From positions 26,910,001 to 26,974,000 of the forward strand of contig NW_024704742.1 of NCBI RefSeq assembly GCF_018977255.1: 64,000 bases of DNA. Direction: 5' to 3'. The position numbers were made by a program, and so were the translations under genes. How positions within the stretch are numbered: position 1 is the stretch's first letter; each line of letters starts with the position of its first letter. Source of the stretch: Callorhinchus milii (taxonomy: Eukaryota). Shown piece after piece: positions 49,125 through 62,574 of this stretch. The notes under the pieces are model-generated. The model was given only the letters and a program-made list of their open reading frames with translations. It ran no database searches and was not told where the DNA came from.

Positions 49125-49130
49125 AATAAA
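49125..49130 (+). terminator. Candidate polyA signal of the novel gene
   Basis: AATAAA ~770 nt after the stop, followed by T/GT-rich sequence. Confidence 0.35.
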
Positions 49131-49447
49131 TTGCTCTTTTGTCATCAGTTATTCCTGGTGTGTTGATCTTTCCTGAATTGCAATGAAGGTAGGGGGGTAT
49201 ATGTTCAGCTTTGGTATGTGTTTCCCCCCACCCCCCTCTACCCCACCATTAACTGATTGACCGTGCCCCCTAACCACTGGAACTCCATCCCTCTTCTCAA
49301 TTTTAAATTTAAATTAAAGATGTGATTCCAGCAGCAAATCTTAAATAACAAACACTGTTGAAATCAAATTTGTGGCATTTTATTTCTTTGTAATCATAAC
49401 AATATGTTCCTCAAAAAAAAAATGGGTATGCAAAGTACCAGAAAATT

Positions 49448-49554
<107 letters not shown>

Positions 49555-49908
49555 GCATCGCAATCTACTCTGCAAACACTGGAAAAGGGAGTTTCTCCCG
49601 GTGTCCTGGCCCGAAATAAAATTGGTAATTTGTTTCACAGCTGCTTGTGGGATATTGCTGTGTTAAATTTGTAGACAACGTTTGCCTACAAATAGTCACT
49701 CTGCTTTACAGTAAATCCTGTGAAGCGCTTTGAGATGTCTGGCAGACTTAAAACGTGCCACATACCAAATACAAGGATTATTATTTAATAACGAAAAGAT
49801 GTTTTACTCGAAAAATTGCCAACACCGCCATCTAGGGTTTGAACTCTGAATATCAACACTGCGTTTGCGCAGTGTGTTGATATTCCAGGTATCGTACAGA
49901 AAGCCAGG

Positions 49909-50058
49909 ACCTCAGTTAGCACAGGCCTGCTCTGCAAACCCCAATCCTTCACTTTTTAAATGGGATCCTTAACACCCACCAGAAAAGTTACACAGGAACT
50001 CATTTTCGCTATTAAAAAGTCGTCAGGGGTTCCGCAGCAGTCCTGTGTTAGCTGAGGT
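49909..50058. repeat. ~35-bp inverted repeats bounding 150 bp (MITE-like)
   Basis: acctcagttagcacaggcctgctctgcaaacccc vs ggggttccgcagcagtcctgtgttagctgaggt. Confidence 0.6.
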
Positions 50059-51261
50059 GCTGTCTGCTTGTTCAGGTGGACATTAAAGATCCCATGATTC
50101 TCTCAGTGTCCCAGCCAACAATGTCTCAAATAAAAATAATGATTAACTCCATGGCTGTTTGTGGACATTGCTGTCTGCAAATTGGCTGCTGCGTTTGCTT
50201 CCAAAATACACAGGCGCTACACTTTACACTAAATCCTGTGAAGCACTTTGAGATGTTTTGACAGTGTGACTAGTTTTTTGTTAGATCTATTGCTCAGCTT
50301 GAACTCGTGACAGTTTTTATGGTATTAGACTTTAAGACCATTGTCATACATTTTCAATACCTGTATCATGATAATTTTAAAATAATCTTAAATACATCCT
50401 AATTGAGACGTCTCAACGACGTGATAAGGTACTATATCAAATGCAAGGATTATTATTCATTGAATAATAATTATTATTAATTTTGAAGCTGTCTTTCTGC
50501 GGTTGTTTTTAAGCACTACGGAGAAATGCTTCCAAATTAAAACTGATTAAAATTAAAAATGAACTTGTAAGAATTTTCCAAAATTCTGCACAATTTTAAC
50601 TTTTAAGTTCTTAAGGCTAAGACTATGAGAAATTCCAGGCCTCCAATACTCCAGATGGACATTTGAGTTACGAGTAACAAATGAGGCAGTTGTTCAGACT
50701 GGATTTGCCCTGTTCCAGAAACATTAATTGAAAGTACATTGCCAGTTGCTCCCTTCACCCTTCTCTATCTCTTGGCTGACCTAGCTACTGCATTAGTAAG
50801 ATCTTTCCTCTTAACAGTGACAAAACCTTGGAGCTTAACCTACAATTGGTTGTTAGGGAGGGTGGTGTGCAACCAGCTGTGCAATGTCAATCACTACTAC
50901 TTGCAACGTATTTAACAGTACTGTTAGTAACTGTGGCCTCAGCAGGGAATCACTGATGCACATTGAGCTGGCGGTGTAATACACTGCAGAAGCGTCACAG
51001 CAGCAGCTTCATTACAGCCCAGCAGCCCACACAGTGTGTCGAAACAGCTGGCAGCGTGAAGATAAGGGCATAAGAAACCACAGAAATCCCATCAAAATAC
51101 CTCTTCCATTGACCGACCTTGTTGTAAACTTCATCCTGTCCCTTCAATTTCCCTTGGAGGACTTTCTGTCGAGACACTTCCTGATCCCCAAAATCAACCA
51201 AACAAAATCCCAGAAATATTCATCATATTCAGCCACATCTTTACTAATAATCCCCGACCCT

Positions 51262-51629
51262 CCATGACGTTGTTGAGACGTCTCAAAGTGGTTCAGAGGA
51301 TATACCGTAAAGTGGATTGACTGTATTTTGTGGGAAAAATGCGGCAGACAGTTGCACACAGCAGTGTCCCACAGGGGGGAATATTGGCCAGGACGCCGGG
51401 GAGAAACTCCCTTCTCTTTTTGAATAGTGCCATGGGATTTTTTACATCCACCTGAACAGACAGATGAGACGTCAGTTTAAAGTCTCCTCTGAAGAACGGC
51501 ACCTTCAACAATGCAGCACTGCAATTGAGTGTCAGCTTAGATGATGTGACTCCAAGTCGCGATGTGGAGTTTGAACCCTCTACCTTCTGACTCAGTGACA
51601 AGAATGCTGCCGCTGAGCCAGGCTGACAC
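51262..51629 (-). mobile_element. Older Deu-domain SINE, near full length
   Basis: Head, Deu core and tail all readable on the minus strand. Confidence 0.85.
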
Positions 51630-51698
51630 ACCGTATCCTTATTTGATGTCTTTATCTGATGTGCATCTTCCAGTAGGGGTCTCTGTATTGCAATCTGA

Positions 51699-51911
51699 GC
51701 CCTGAAATTTCTCCTATTTTTAAACTATTTTATCTTGAAGTTTAAGATGCCGCAGAATTGTAGAAAATTCTTAAACACTCTTTTATTTGCAAGGCGGGCA
51801 TTTTAAAAACTGCGGAAATTAAGATTGAATTGAAGAATTTTCCACTTTCCTGGGCAATTTTAAATCTGAAGCCAAATAGTCTTACAGGCTAAGACTGGGC
51901 GGAATTTTGGG
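51699..51911. mobile_element. Fold-back MITE-like element; related piece at ~50480-50640
   Basis: ccctgaaatttctcc...gcagaattgtagaaaattctt vs aagaattttcc...ggcggaattttggg; 50560-50640 is the reverse complement of the left end. Confidence 0.45.
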
Positions 51912-52238
51912 ACTCAGGACCAGGAACCCTGGCTCCCGCTTTGCTCTGTAACATCTCTAACTTATTAACGGTGCCCTGGCTGACAGCAGCTAACTCAGCA
52001 CTGAGATCCTGGTGTGTAATAATGGCTTTGTATTGCACTGGTCTTTAGGTATTTCCTCTCTAAAAAGCACGCAACTTAATCCATGTAAAACATTTGATTA
52101 ATATTATCATTGTTAATATTTTCATTAATTCCTGAATCATTCAGTTGCAAAATGATTCAATTATCTCCGTCCTATTATAATGTCCCCATGATCGAGAATA
52201 GGATTTTTTTCCTCTGCTTCTATAGAATATCAAGTAGA

Positions 52239-52440
52239 GTGGAGTCCTGTAGCTCAGTGGTTAGAGCACTTGCCTCACAAGCGAGAGACCTAGGTTCGAT
52301 TCCCAGCAGGGCGTAAACCTTGGACACGTTTCCTTACTCCACACACCTGACAATAATCTCCAAAGAAAAAACAATAATAAATTGGTCACTTCAATCCATG
52401 ACTGTTTGTGGGACACTGCTGAACGCAATTGGTTGCCCAC
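52239..52440 (+). mobile_element. tRNA-SINE, 3'-truncated
   Basis: Intact A/B boxes, family match. Confidence 0.85.
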
Positions 52441-52740
52441 AGAACAACCAAAGTCATAAAGATTTCTAGCATCTGCAGTATTTTGCCGAGAGTAATAAAG
52501 ATGAGGTCAACCAACCTAAAGTATAGTGACTGTCCAGGCAGCCCACTGATTTGAACTTACAATAAGTTGGTTGTAAAAGAAGGAACTTGTTATAGCACCT
52601 TAATATATTAACCAGTTGTGGTACGATATTCTATATTCAAACAAGTTGTGAGATAATATTCATCTTACACGTGTTTTATATTGCTGGAGCTCTGACATCT
52701 CTGGTCATAGCTGTTTGTGATATGTTCACACTTAGACTTC

Positions 52741-52754
52741 CCACTAGGTGGCAG
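52741..52754 (+). promoter_or_regulatory. CTCF-like motif
   Basis: CCACTAGGTGGCAG fits the CTCF core consensus; motif match only. Confidence 0.4.
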
Positions 52755-52966
52755 GTTTCACCTACCTTGGGTAGATGAAGAAAGAATGTAATTTTTAACA
52801 TCCTTTTTTTTCCTGCAGTAGGCACATTTGAAATTCACATTTGGGGTCTAATTTGGGAGTTTCGGAAAAAAGGCAACTCTGCACAAATCGTCAGCTTGCC
52901 AGGGTTCACACCTGCCAGTTGCATTGGCTATGATCTGGGTCCAAGGAAAGTTGGAACTGAGACATT

Positions 52967-53340
52967 GAATCCTGTAGTATTCTGGTTAGAGAACTCGCCT
53001 GGCAAATGAGAGAACACGATTTCGATTCCCGGGCAGGCCAAAACCTTAGGCAAGTTTCCTTATGCTTCTGCTTACCTAGCAGTAAGTAGGATCCCGTTTA
53101 TTGGTCAATTGGCGGATCACTTTCCGGAGGTAGTAATCTCTTCCTAAAAATAATAATAATAATTTGGTCATTCAATCCACGACTGTTTGTCGGACATGGC
53201 TGTACGCAATTGGCTGCTATGTTTCGCCCACAAAATGTGCAGTCAATTCACTTTACAATATATTCTGTGATGCGATTTGAGACGTCTCAACAATGTGATA
53301 CGGCGCTATATCAAATGTCAGGGTTATTATATTATTTTAT
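52967..53340 (+). mobile_element. Long-form tRNA-SINE
   Basis: Family match including the internal segment. Confidence 0.82.
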
Positions 53341-53424
53341 TGTTGGAATCCGAATGGAGTTCCAGGGGTTTGGCACGAGGTAATCAGGTGTCTTTTTCTT
53401 TCTACAAATTTTGCAAATTAATAA

Positions 53425-53725
53425 ATATCCTTGCATTTAAAATAGCGCCTTATCATGTCTTCGAGGCATCTCAAAGTGCTTCACAGAATATATTGTAAAA
53501 TGAATTGACTTTATAATTTGTGGGTGAAACACGGCAGCCAATTGCACACAGCAGTGTCCCACAAACAGTCTTGGATTGAGTGACCAAATTATTATTATTC
53601 TTTAAACAGATTATTACTCCCGGAAAAGCGATCCTCCAATCGACTAACAATCGGGTTCCTACTTACTGCTAGATAAACAGAGGAAGGAAACCTGTCCAAC
53701 ATTTCATCCCATTGGAATTGGACCC
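53425..53725 (-). mobile_element. Long-form tRNA-SINE, tail-to-tail with the previous copy
   Basis: Family match on the minus strand. Confidence 0.8.
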
Positions 53726-55081
53726 AAATGCACAATTGTAAAAGATAACACCACTGGCGACATTCTACATAACAACAGAGCCGAGATGTAAATTGATCTC
53801 TGCATTTTATGACCTTCTCACTTGTGCCACTGACAACCAAAGCACGAAAGGCAGAAACGTTAAGGGAGTCAGATATTGCCAAGCTCTCACCAAATGAGGC
53901 CTGGAAAACAATTTGTCTGCCAGCCAAAACATTCATCTGCAACAGGGCAAGAAATACAAGGCAAAATTATACACAGGAGTTATTGCACACAGATCAAATT
54001 GAATAGAACAAAGAACTAAAGGCGTTGTAATGAGTATAGTGAATGTGATACATTTCATTTCTGTTTCACAATTCAAACCTGTTGGACTAAAGGTATTGTG
54101 TTTAAGACTAAGCAGCTGGCTGTGATTTTGTGACTCAACTCAACTGAATCTAAGATGCCTCAGTTGGGGGTAGTACCAAACTATCGGTATCATATTCAAC
54201 TTTTGCAACTACTTCCTGAAAGGAAACAAAGGTAGCAATGATCTGCTTCAGCAAAGTTTTGTTCCAGTTCTTACACACGTCTAGGTTCTGTGGGATGGCA
54301 AGACCATTGCTGAGTTCAGGGAAGCTCTATTGCTTTTCTTTCTTTACCATCCGTTAGCTTTTATAGCCAACCTCAACATAGAAATATGAGCAATAACTTG
54401 ACAAATCTCACTAACCAGGCAAATCTCACTAACCCAGCAAACCTGTGGACTCCCGTAGCATATTGATTAGAGCACTTGCCTTGCAAGTGAGAGGACCCAG
54501 GCTCCTTCCACATATGGGAGCCCAAACGTACTTGTTTCCAGTTTGCTGGAACCTTCCAATGTTGATTGACTGCAAATAACTCCAATACCTTTGAAATCTG
54601 TTTTGTCTTAAAACCCCAGTGGCACAATTCACCTGTTCCAAGGGCATTTAGTGATTTTCAGCCCTTCAGAGCCTATGAAGAGCATTTGCCTCACTAATGT
54701 TCAGGTTCCAGAGCTTACACTAGCCATGTTTAATGTTACATTGCTTATTATGCAGCAACTTGGGATGTCCTCCTGACGTGAAAGGCATTATACAAATGCA
54801 ATTCATTGTTATAGTTGTTTGTGTCCTCCCTGTAAAAGTCTGCAAGAAATAGTAATTTAATATGTTTTTTTATCTCCTATTTATTCTTATTTTCAATGCC
54901 TTTGGTCTCCTTTGTGTTTAACTTCCTTCTTGACTGCTCTCTTATTGTTATGATATTGGAATAATATATTTGTCTTTGCTATGTCTGCTCCCATGCCACT
55001 TTCCAGTTCTTTCTTGGCTCATTCAATTCCTCTCCATGAGACTATCTCTGGATCAGCATCTTTTCTGGACACCCAGTTCCA

Positions 55082-55430
55082 TGGAGTCCTGCAGTGTATT
55101 GGTTAGAGCATTCGCCTCGCAAGAAAGAGGACTCGGGTTTGATTCCTAGTCAAGGTGAAACCTTAGGCAAGTTTCCTTACTCCACACACCTATGTTTACC
55201 TAGCAGTAAGTAGGAACCCAGTTGTTAGTCGATTGGCGGATCGCTTTTTGGGGGTAATAATGCCTTTTAAAAAAACATATGGTCAATTAATCTCCGACTG
55301 TTTGTGGGACACTGCTGTGCCCATTTGGCTGCCCCGTTTCACCCACAACATATACAGTTAATTCACTTCACTTTATATTCTGTGAAGTGTTTTGAGATGT
55401 CTCAAAATCAAATGCAAGAATTATTATTAT
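55082..55430 (+). mobile_element. Long-form tRNA-SINE, full length
   Basis: tggagtcctgcagtgtattgg head; tgtttacctagcagtaagtaggaacccagttgttagtcgattggcggatcgc segment. Confidence 0.88.
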
Positions 55431-56476
55431 TTCACAGAGAGAAAGACAGAGATAAAAAATGTTAGTCCAAGCTTTAGGAGGCAAAGGTTATATTGGTTTC
55501 CCTCAAGCTGTTCTTTTGCTACCAATACATAGAGGACACTGGATGACTGACAGTAGAGTACAAGGCAGTAATCCAATTATAGTTTCAGATAATGTCAGAA
55601 ATAGTAACATGAAAGCTCAAGCAATTTGTTCAGTGGCTCAGCACAACAATAGGATTACCGTGCATGATCCTGACAAACATCTAGGTCTTAAAATCCTAAA
55701 TAGTGACTGAAGTTTAAGGAAAAAATGTGCTGTCTTTAGGGTCAAACAAAATGTCAACGCGAGAACACATCACTTACCTGAAGAGGGATACGCCACCTGT
55801 TGGCAATTGGTAAATGTTTCTTATCTATACTTTACAGCATAAAGGAATGCTTTGAAACTCCTGCAGATTTTGCCCTTATATTGAACAAGTTTCTGTGCAA
55901 TGTTCTTTCTTTACATCGTGTGTGTGGATGTCTCATCGGTTCTTCTTGCTCTATGGTTTATTTTTTGCGTTGTCATATTTTCTCACGGTGACCTCAAAGC
56001 GACCAGGCATGAAATGTTTCACTTCTATTCAGACGCAGGCAAAGTAAACATGTGGCAGTCTAGCTCAGTTGGCAGCACTGTTGCTCTGAGTCAGAAGTTT
56101 GTGGGCTCATGTCCCACAATACAATTTAGGTTAACGGTATATATAGCTCCTTTCATGTTCGGAGGATGTCTCAAAGTGCTTCGCGAAGCCTGAGCTGGTG
56201 GAGGTGGCAGCGAGGAGAAGACCTGAAGATGGAGAATAATGACCAAAAGCACGATCAAAGGGTTACGTCATGTCAGGACTGACCTACATTAGGACTTTGA
56301 GCTCTTCATCTTTGCTGGCACTCGAATACCATGCTAGAGGAGTACTGACATTGTTGGAGTTGCTGTCCCTGGGATAATACATTAAATCAAGGCCCCATCT
56401 GCCTGATCAAGTGGATGTTAAAGATCTCCTGTCACTATATTTAGTATACAAATTGTCTGCTATGTTTTGTCTACAA

Positions 56477-56660
56477 ATAATAATAATAATAATCCTTGCA
56501 TTTGATATAGCGCTTTTCACGTCGGGAGAACGTCCCAAAACGCTTCACAGAATATACTGTAAAGTGAATTGACTGTATATATTTGTGGGCGAACGCGGCA
56601 GCCAATTGCGCACAGCAATGTCCCACAAACAGTCGTAGATTGAAAATGACCAATTTATTA
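56477..56660 (-). mobile_element. Young SINE 3' half, inserted in an older + strand Deu-SINE (~56055-56740)
   Basis: Family match; flanks carry Deu head, core and tail. Confidence 0.8.
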
Positions 56661-57485
56661 TAGTAAAAATCCTCTGACGTGGGATATTCGACATATTTCA
56701 ACCATGTGATAAGGCGCTATATCAAATACAAAGATTATTGTCCCTTCTCTTTGACTGTCTCTTGACCTTGTTCCTGACATATGGGGGGGTTGTTTGTACT
56801 TTCCCTGTCTCATTTGTAGATCACTGCCTGTCACTTCCTATCGCTGAAACACATCTAGGCCTTAAGAGTCTAATATGGCGACTAAATTTAAGGAAAAAAA
56901 TGTGCTGTCAATGGGGTCAAACAAAATGTCACATCTTTCTTGCAGTTTCTCTGTCACCTTTGTGTGCTGTAAGTACCCATCTATGCATTCACAGGATTGC
57001 TGCTTTTACACTGAAAACAAAACTGCTCAGTTCCTTCTTCGGCATCGGTTCCTATATGCTCAGCTACACAACCTTTACCTCCAACAAACCTCCACACCTT
57101 CCTGGGCAGACCATATCTGCAGCATAACATCCAATCTGAAAACACTACACAGTCACATAGCAACAATATAATCCAGTATATTAAATGAAGCTTCATATCA
57201 CACTATTCCCAGTAAATACACAATCCCTCTGATGCAAAAATAATTGTTAAAATGTTACATTCATGCCTGTGTCATGCTAGCTCTCCCACTGCATCTATCT
57301 ACTGTAATTCCATTACCTTGCTATTCAAGCAAGCTGTTTTATATTGTCATTCTTCAAGGGTCTATTTAATTCCCAATTCAAAGTTGAATTGAATTGGCTG
57401 CAATAGCCACTTGCAGTTATGTGTTCCAAATCCTAATAACCATTTGGATTAGGAGATGTATTCTAGTTTAAAAGCCTTATGCTAG

Positions 57486-57700
57486 ATGTCAGTTTGGCTC
57501 CACTGGTAGCACTCTCATCTCTGGGTCAGAAAGTTGGGGATTCAAAATCCAGGTCAGGAGTTTGAGTTCACAGTCCAGATTGACACTCCAATGTAGTGCT
57601 GGGAGAACATGGCGCTGTCAGAGATGCTGTCCTTCAGTTGAGGTGGCAAACCAAGGTTCCCATCTACCTGTTCAGGTAAATGTTAAAGACCCCATGGCAA
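57486..57700 (+). mobile_element. Deu-domain SINE 5' half
   Basis: gtcagtttggctccactggtagcactctc head and core. Confidence 0.75.
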
Positions 57701-59150
57701 TACAATAAAACTCACATTAGTCTTAATTTTATAAATCGTATGTTCACCTGAGTCCCATTTTGCACCCTTAGATTTCTTTACGCTACTCATATTAATCACT
57801 TCCTAACTCGTAACGTTACTTCCCTAGCCTCCATTACTCCCGCACTTACTGGCTGCATTGAATCAAGGAAAATGATGACCTGACGTAATTTTGACCCGTC
57901 AATGCATCTGCAGAAGACTTTTATTTCCTGTGATTTAATGCGATTACAATACCTGCTCATACAGTAAGTGCTCATAGTCAACGGGTCAATTGTGGGAAAC
58001 GTAGTCTTGATCCGTCACTGTACGTGCATTTACCGGCTGCATTGAATTACATATGTGCAGTGTAAATTATTGATTAAATCGGATTTGGGCACTTTACAGA
58101 AATTTTCTGAGATACTTTAATTTATTATAGGCACTCTGTTAAACACAAGGATTACTATTGTAGCAATCATTTTGAGTTTGTACCCCTTGTTGGTAATCCA
58201 CAATGCAGTGGTTATAATCTGTGGAGAATTTGTCTCAGTTGCAGCCCTGCATAGTTTGGAGAGATTTAAGGTCTTCAGTCATTATAATGTCCTACTCTTC
58301 TTTATTTATATATCTGTCTTTTAGGGGGATAATTATTTATGTCCTTTATCTTCTCAGCAGAATGTCAAAAGAAATATCCCAATTACATAAATTAAGAAAC
58401 TCTAAGTGGGATTCAAAGTGATTTTTTTCTTTCACTTATGTGGCTATGCTTCGTCACAAATGTTTATTTAAAATACCACATGGATATCTTGATATCATTA
58501 CTTCAGTGACACATTATACAGGCTGTAAAGAACATTAAATATAAGTTATAGTGCTTAACCTATGATCAATATAGAATCAGGACCTTGGGAAGATTTTTGG
58601 AGAAGTACATTCCTGGCACAGATTGGCTGCTGTTTTTACCTGTCTACCAGCTTCTGTGCTCAGAAATATCACATTTGTGCCCAATTATGAATCTATCTAG
58701 AGCTAATCAATGGCAGGCTATTGCTATATCTCATTCCATTCTGTCGCCTGGTGTGCTGCAATCATTTTAATGCATGACTTACCATTTCAAAATAATGGAG
58801 TGAAACAATATTTCTCAGCAGATTTGATGTGTTTGCTTAAATCTGTTGAGATCACAACTTTCACAGTCATTATTTTAACAATCTTAGCATAATCTAACAT
58901 TTCACACCATACAATATTTTTAAAACATATTAACTAGGACAGGGCAAGCCATTTTCTACAGGGATATTAAAGAAATCATGATCTAAAGCACAGTATGCAT
59001 CTTACATCATGCTTTTTCCAGTGGTGAGGCACCTGTAATTTTCCATTTTCTTAAGAATGCATATATCCCATCAGATTTTAACTGGTATTAAATTGTAGGA
59101 CCAGTCCAGAAGAATACACAGTCACTACAAAATACACAGTCACTACATTT

Positions 59151-59545
59151 AATAATAATAATCCTTGCATTTTATATAGTGCTCAGCACATTGTCGATGT
59201 GTCTCAAAGCGCTTCACAGAATTTACTGCAAGGTGGATTAACTCTAGGTGAAGCACAGTAGCCAGTTGCACACAGTAATGTCTCAGAAACAGTTATGGAG
59301 TGAATGACCATTTGGGAGATTTGTTGGCCAGGACACCGGAAGAAACTCCATTCTTTTTTCGATTAGTGCTGTGGGATCTTTAACTTCCTCCTGAACGGGT
59401 AGATGGGACCTTGGTTTAACATCTCATCTGAAGGACGGCACCTCCGATGATGCAACATTCCCTCCAGCATTGCATTGGAGTGTCATCTTAGATTATGTGA
59501 TTCAAAGTCCCCATGTGGGGCTTGAACCCACAACTTTCTGTGACT
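59151..59545 (-). mobile_element. Older Deu-domain SINE
   Basis: Same layout as 51262-51629. Confidence 0.82.
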
Positions 59546-59871
59546 CATTCAATTTCAGATTGCTTTCTCATGGATAAAGTTAAAGTACAGAAATAATCCT
59601 TGTGAATACACCCACCTTACTTTTCCATTTAATGCACAGTAAATCCTGCGAAGCACTGTGAGATGTCCTCCCAAAGCCAAAGGTGCTAAATTAAAAGGAA
59701 AGATTTCTATTAAGGTATGAAATTCTCTGGTTAGATGTGTTCAACGAGAAAGTAAGTCATTCAGCGATAGCACCTGCTAAAAATAGATCATAAATGAAAG
59801 ATAGGTTTAAAGCTTTTTTGCAAGAGATCAAATGCTTTCCAATACCTGTGCAGAGATAAATAATAAGAAAG

Positions 59872-60168
59872 AAAATAATCCTTGCATTTGATGTAGTCTT
59901 TGAGACGTCTCAATGTGCTTAACAATATATACTATAAAATGTAGTGACTGTGTGTTTTGTCGGTGAAACGCCACAGCCAATTGTGCATAGCAGTGTCCCA
60001 CAAACAGTTAGCAATTGAGTGGCCACATTATTATTATTTTGAAGGGAATATTATCACTGCAAAGCACTCTGCCAATTGACTAACAAGTGGTTTCCAACTT
60101 ACTGCTAGTTAAACGGTTAAACAGTATCTGTGTAGAGTAAGGAAACTTGCGTAAGGTTTTACCCTGGC
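59872..60168 (-). mobile_element. Long-form SINE, 5'-truncated
   Basis: Family match. Confidence 0.75.
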
Positions 60169-61691
60169 CTGCTGCAGCATGTGATAAAGTGTTTACAGCA
60201 TGTGATAAAGTGCACGTTATATTTTGTAATACGAATAAAAAGACACTGAAAAAATAATTAGACCATTTTTATACTTATAAACTGGGTGATGGTATTTCTT
60301 CATTCCTTTGCATGTAGCAAAAGAACAACTGCGCGAAATGTTCTGAGTCTCAATGGAAGGCAATTAACTGCAATCTTCTCCTGGACAAAAGTGAGATAGC
60401 AGCCACGTAGGTTCAGTTGACTTTAAACACACATCTATGCATAGCGCAATAAGCCTTGATTAACATAAGAGGATTCCATAGGCCTTTATGAAATGGACTC
60501 TTCATGCACAGAAGTGATAAAAGATTTTGAATAGCGAGTATATTAATAATGTGGAATGCATTATTCTTGAAATTCTTGATATCTCCATCATCCCCACGGC
60601 AACACTTTTTGACAGTAACATGGCTTTATGATAGCGTTGCTCATTTAGCCTAAATATGAATGCAGCTTTATGAAACTAGAAACACATTTCCTGTGCTGTC
60701 CTGTGACATTGACGTTCACTTTAATGAAGCTCATTGCTGAAGCTGTATGTCACCCGTTGCAGTTTTAGTCAACTGGTTTGTATTGTCAAAATCGCTTGAA
60801 TATTAATAGGAGCCTTTCTTAATTGATTTCAGGATTTATGAAAATGTAATAGCAAATTTACATAAATTATGAAAATATAATAGCACATTTACGTAAATTA
60901 CATAAACATTACACAAATTTACTTCGCTGAAGAGATACATAATATTCTATGGTCGCTAAATGATGCATCAGCAGAGGCATTTATGACACATTATTAACCA
61001 CGGCAGATCCTATGTTGATCAGTGGAGAATACTGCTGGTTATTGATGATATGCAATTGTTGACCTTGCATAAATTCTTCAATATGAATTTTCTCCACAGT
61101 GATTTGGAAATCCATTCTTAGTGAATAAGCTCCAGAACTGTGCTTTGAACCGATTTTACAAATGTGTTTTTTTTCCAACACAATATAAATTTCTGGTTCA
61201 AGCGGAAAGCTTAGAAATCTGTGCAATGTTAAAATATTGAAATGAATCATAAGTACAGGTATTCATAAATATTCATGATTTCTTGTTCATTGTCATTCAG
61301 ATTTCACTTTCAAGCAATGTCTGCCAGCCAAGGCAGAAACAGGGACCAATTTTGCACACAATGATAGCAAGAATTCTCGCACCTGAGCTGAGAGAGTTTA
61401 CGCCAAAAGCATTTCAGTTCTTAGAAAGGCAACAACGCAATAATTGATGAGGATGGATGAGCTCAGCTGAAATATAATTGTGGCCAATTTCAAGATGAGA
61501 ATTACCCTCTTGGATCGTGCTGTTTAAAATCAGTTGACTCAGTCAGACGGACGACAGGGGCATCTTGACCTGGCACCATCACAGCACAATGTGTGCACTG
61601 CGAACAGAAGGAAATCAGTCAAGTAGCCAAGGTGAGGGTCCGAGCACACCAGCTCTTTTGGTGAGAATGCTGCTGGTTATTATTCACATTC

Positions 61692-62001
61692 GGAGTCCTG
61701 TAGTGTCGTGGTTAGTGCGCTCGCTTTCCAAGCGAGAGGACCCGGGTTCGATTCCTGGGCAGGGCGAAACCTTAGGCAAGTTTCCTCACTCCATCCGTCT
61801 CTGTTTTAAATCGCAACAAGCAAGAACAAAACCTAGCCACCCAATGCACGATTGTTTGTGGGACACTGCTGTGCACAATTGGCTGTCGCAGTTCGCCCAC
61901 AGTCAATCCACTTTGCAATGTATTCTGTGAAGCTTTTTGACATGTCTCAATGATGTGATTAGGTGCTATATTAAATGCAAGGATATTATTATTATTATTA
62001 T
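61692..62001 (+). mobile_element. tRNA-SINE variant
   Basis: ggagtcctgtagtgtcgtggttag head, GGGTTCGATTCC B box, (TTA)n tail. Confidence 0.85.
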
Positions 62002-62574
62002 CATCATCAAATGCTTTTTTTTGACCTTCTTCAGAATTCCTCACTGGGAATTTTGTCCATGATAATTTACAAATTCATTCTTTGTGTATAACCTCCAGAA
62101 CAATGAGTCACCCTATGCTTTAAGCTCATTTTACAAATATCATAGGTTTTTGTCGCCTACTATACGGGAGCCCAAGGAGGTATTGCAGAGGGCTAGGGTG
62201 TTGTTGCGATCCCAGTGCTGGATGTGATTTGATGGAATATCCCAGCACACAATTCCAAGGCCTTCTAGCACTGCCAGAATATGTGGGAATGAATGATCAA
62301 CCACTTTTCTTGGCTCCTTTCAGCAGATCGGTGGGATCTTTGTTCATTATCTGTTGCGGCAGTGGAGTGGTGAGGTGTTCTTCATCTGGACTTGTAGAGA
62401 CGAACTGGGCAAGAAATACTGTATTACCATTCTTTCCCAAGTGTCAGCCGGGCACAAGTTGAGAAGGAAGCAAAAGCCCAGGTACAGTACAGTACAGAAC
62501 TGTTTCACTTCAGAGTGCGCTTCCAATCTAAAAAGTCACATATTATTTTTATTTTCCCTCCTCTCCTCCTCTCC

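Noticed and set aside
60200..61690. Repeat-poor stretch as a hidden exon cluster
   Set aside because: No recognisable peptide or consistent splice-phase chain; a regulatory role cannot be judged from sequence alone.
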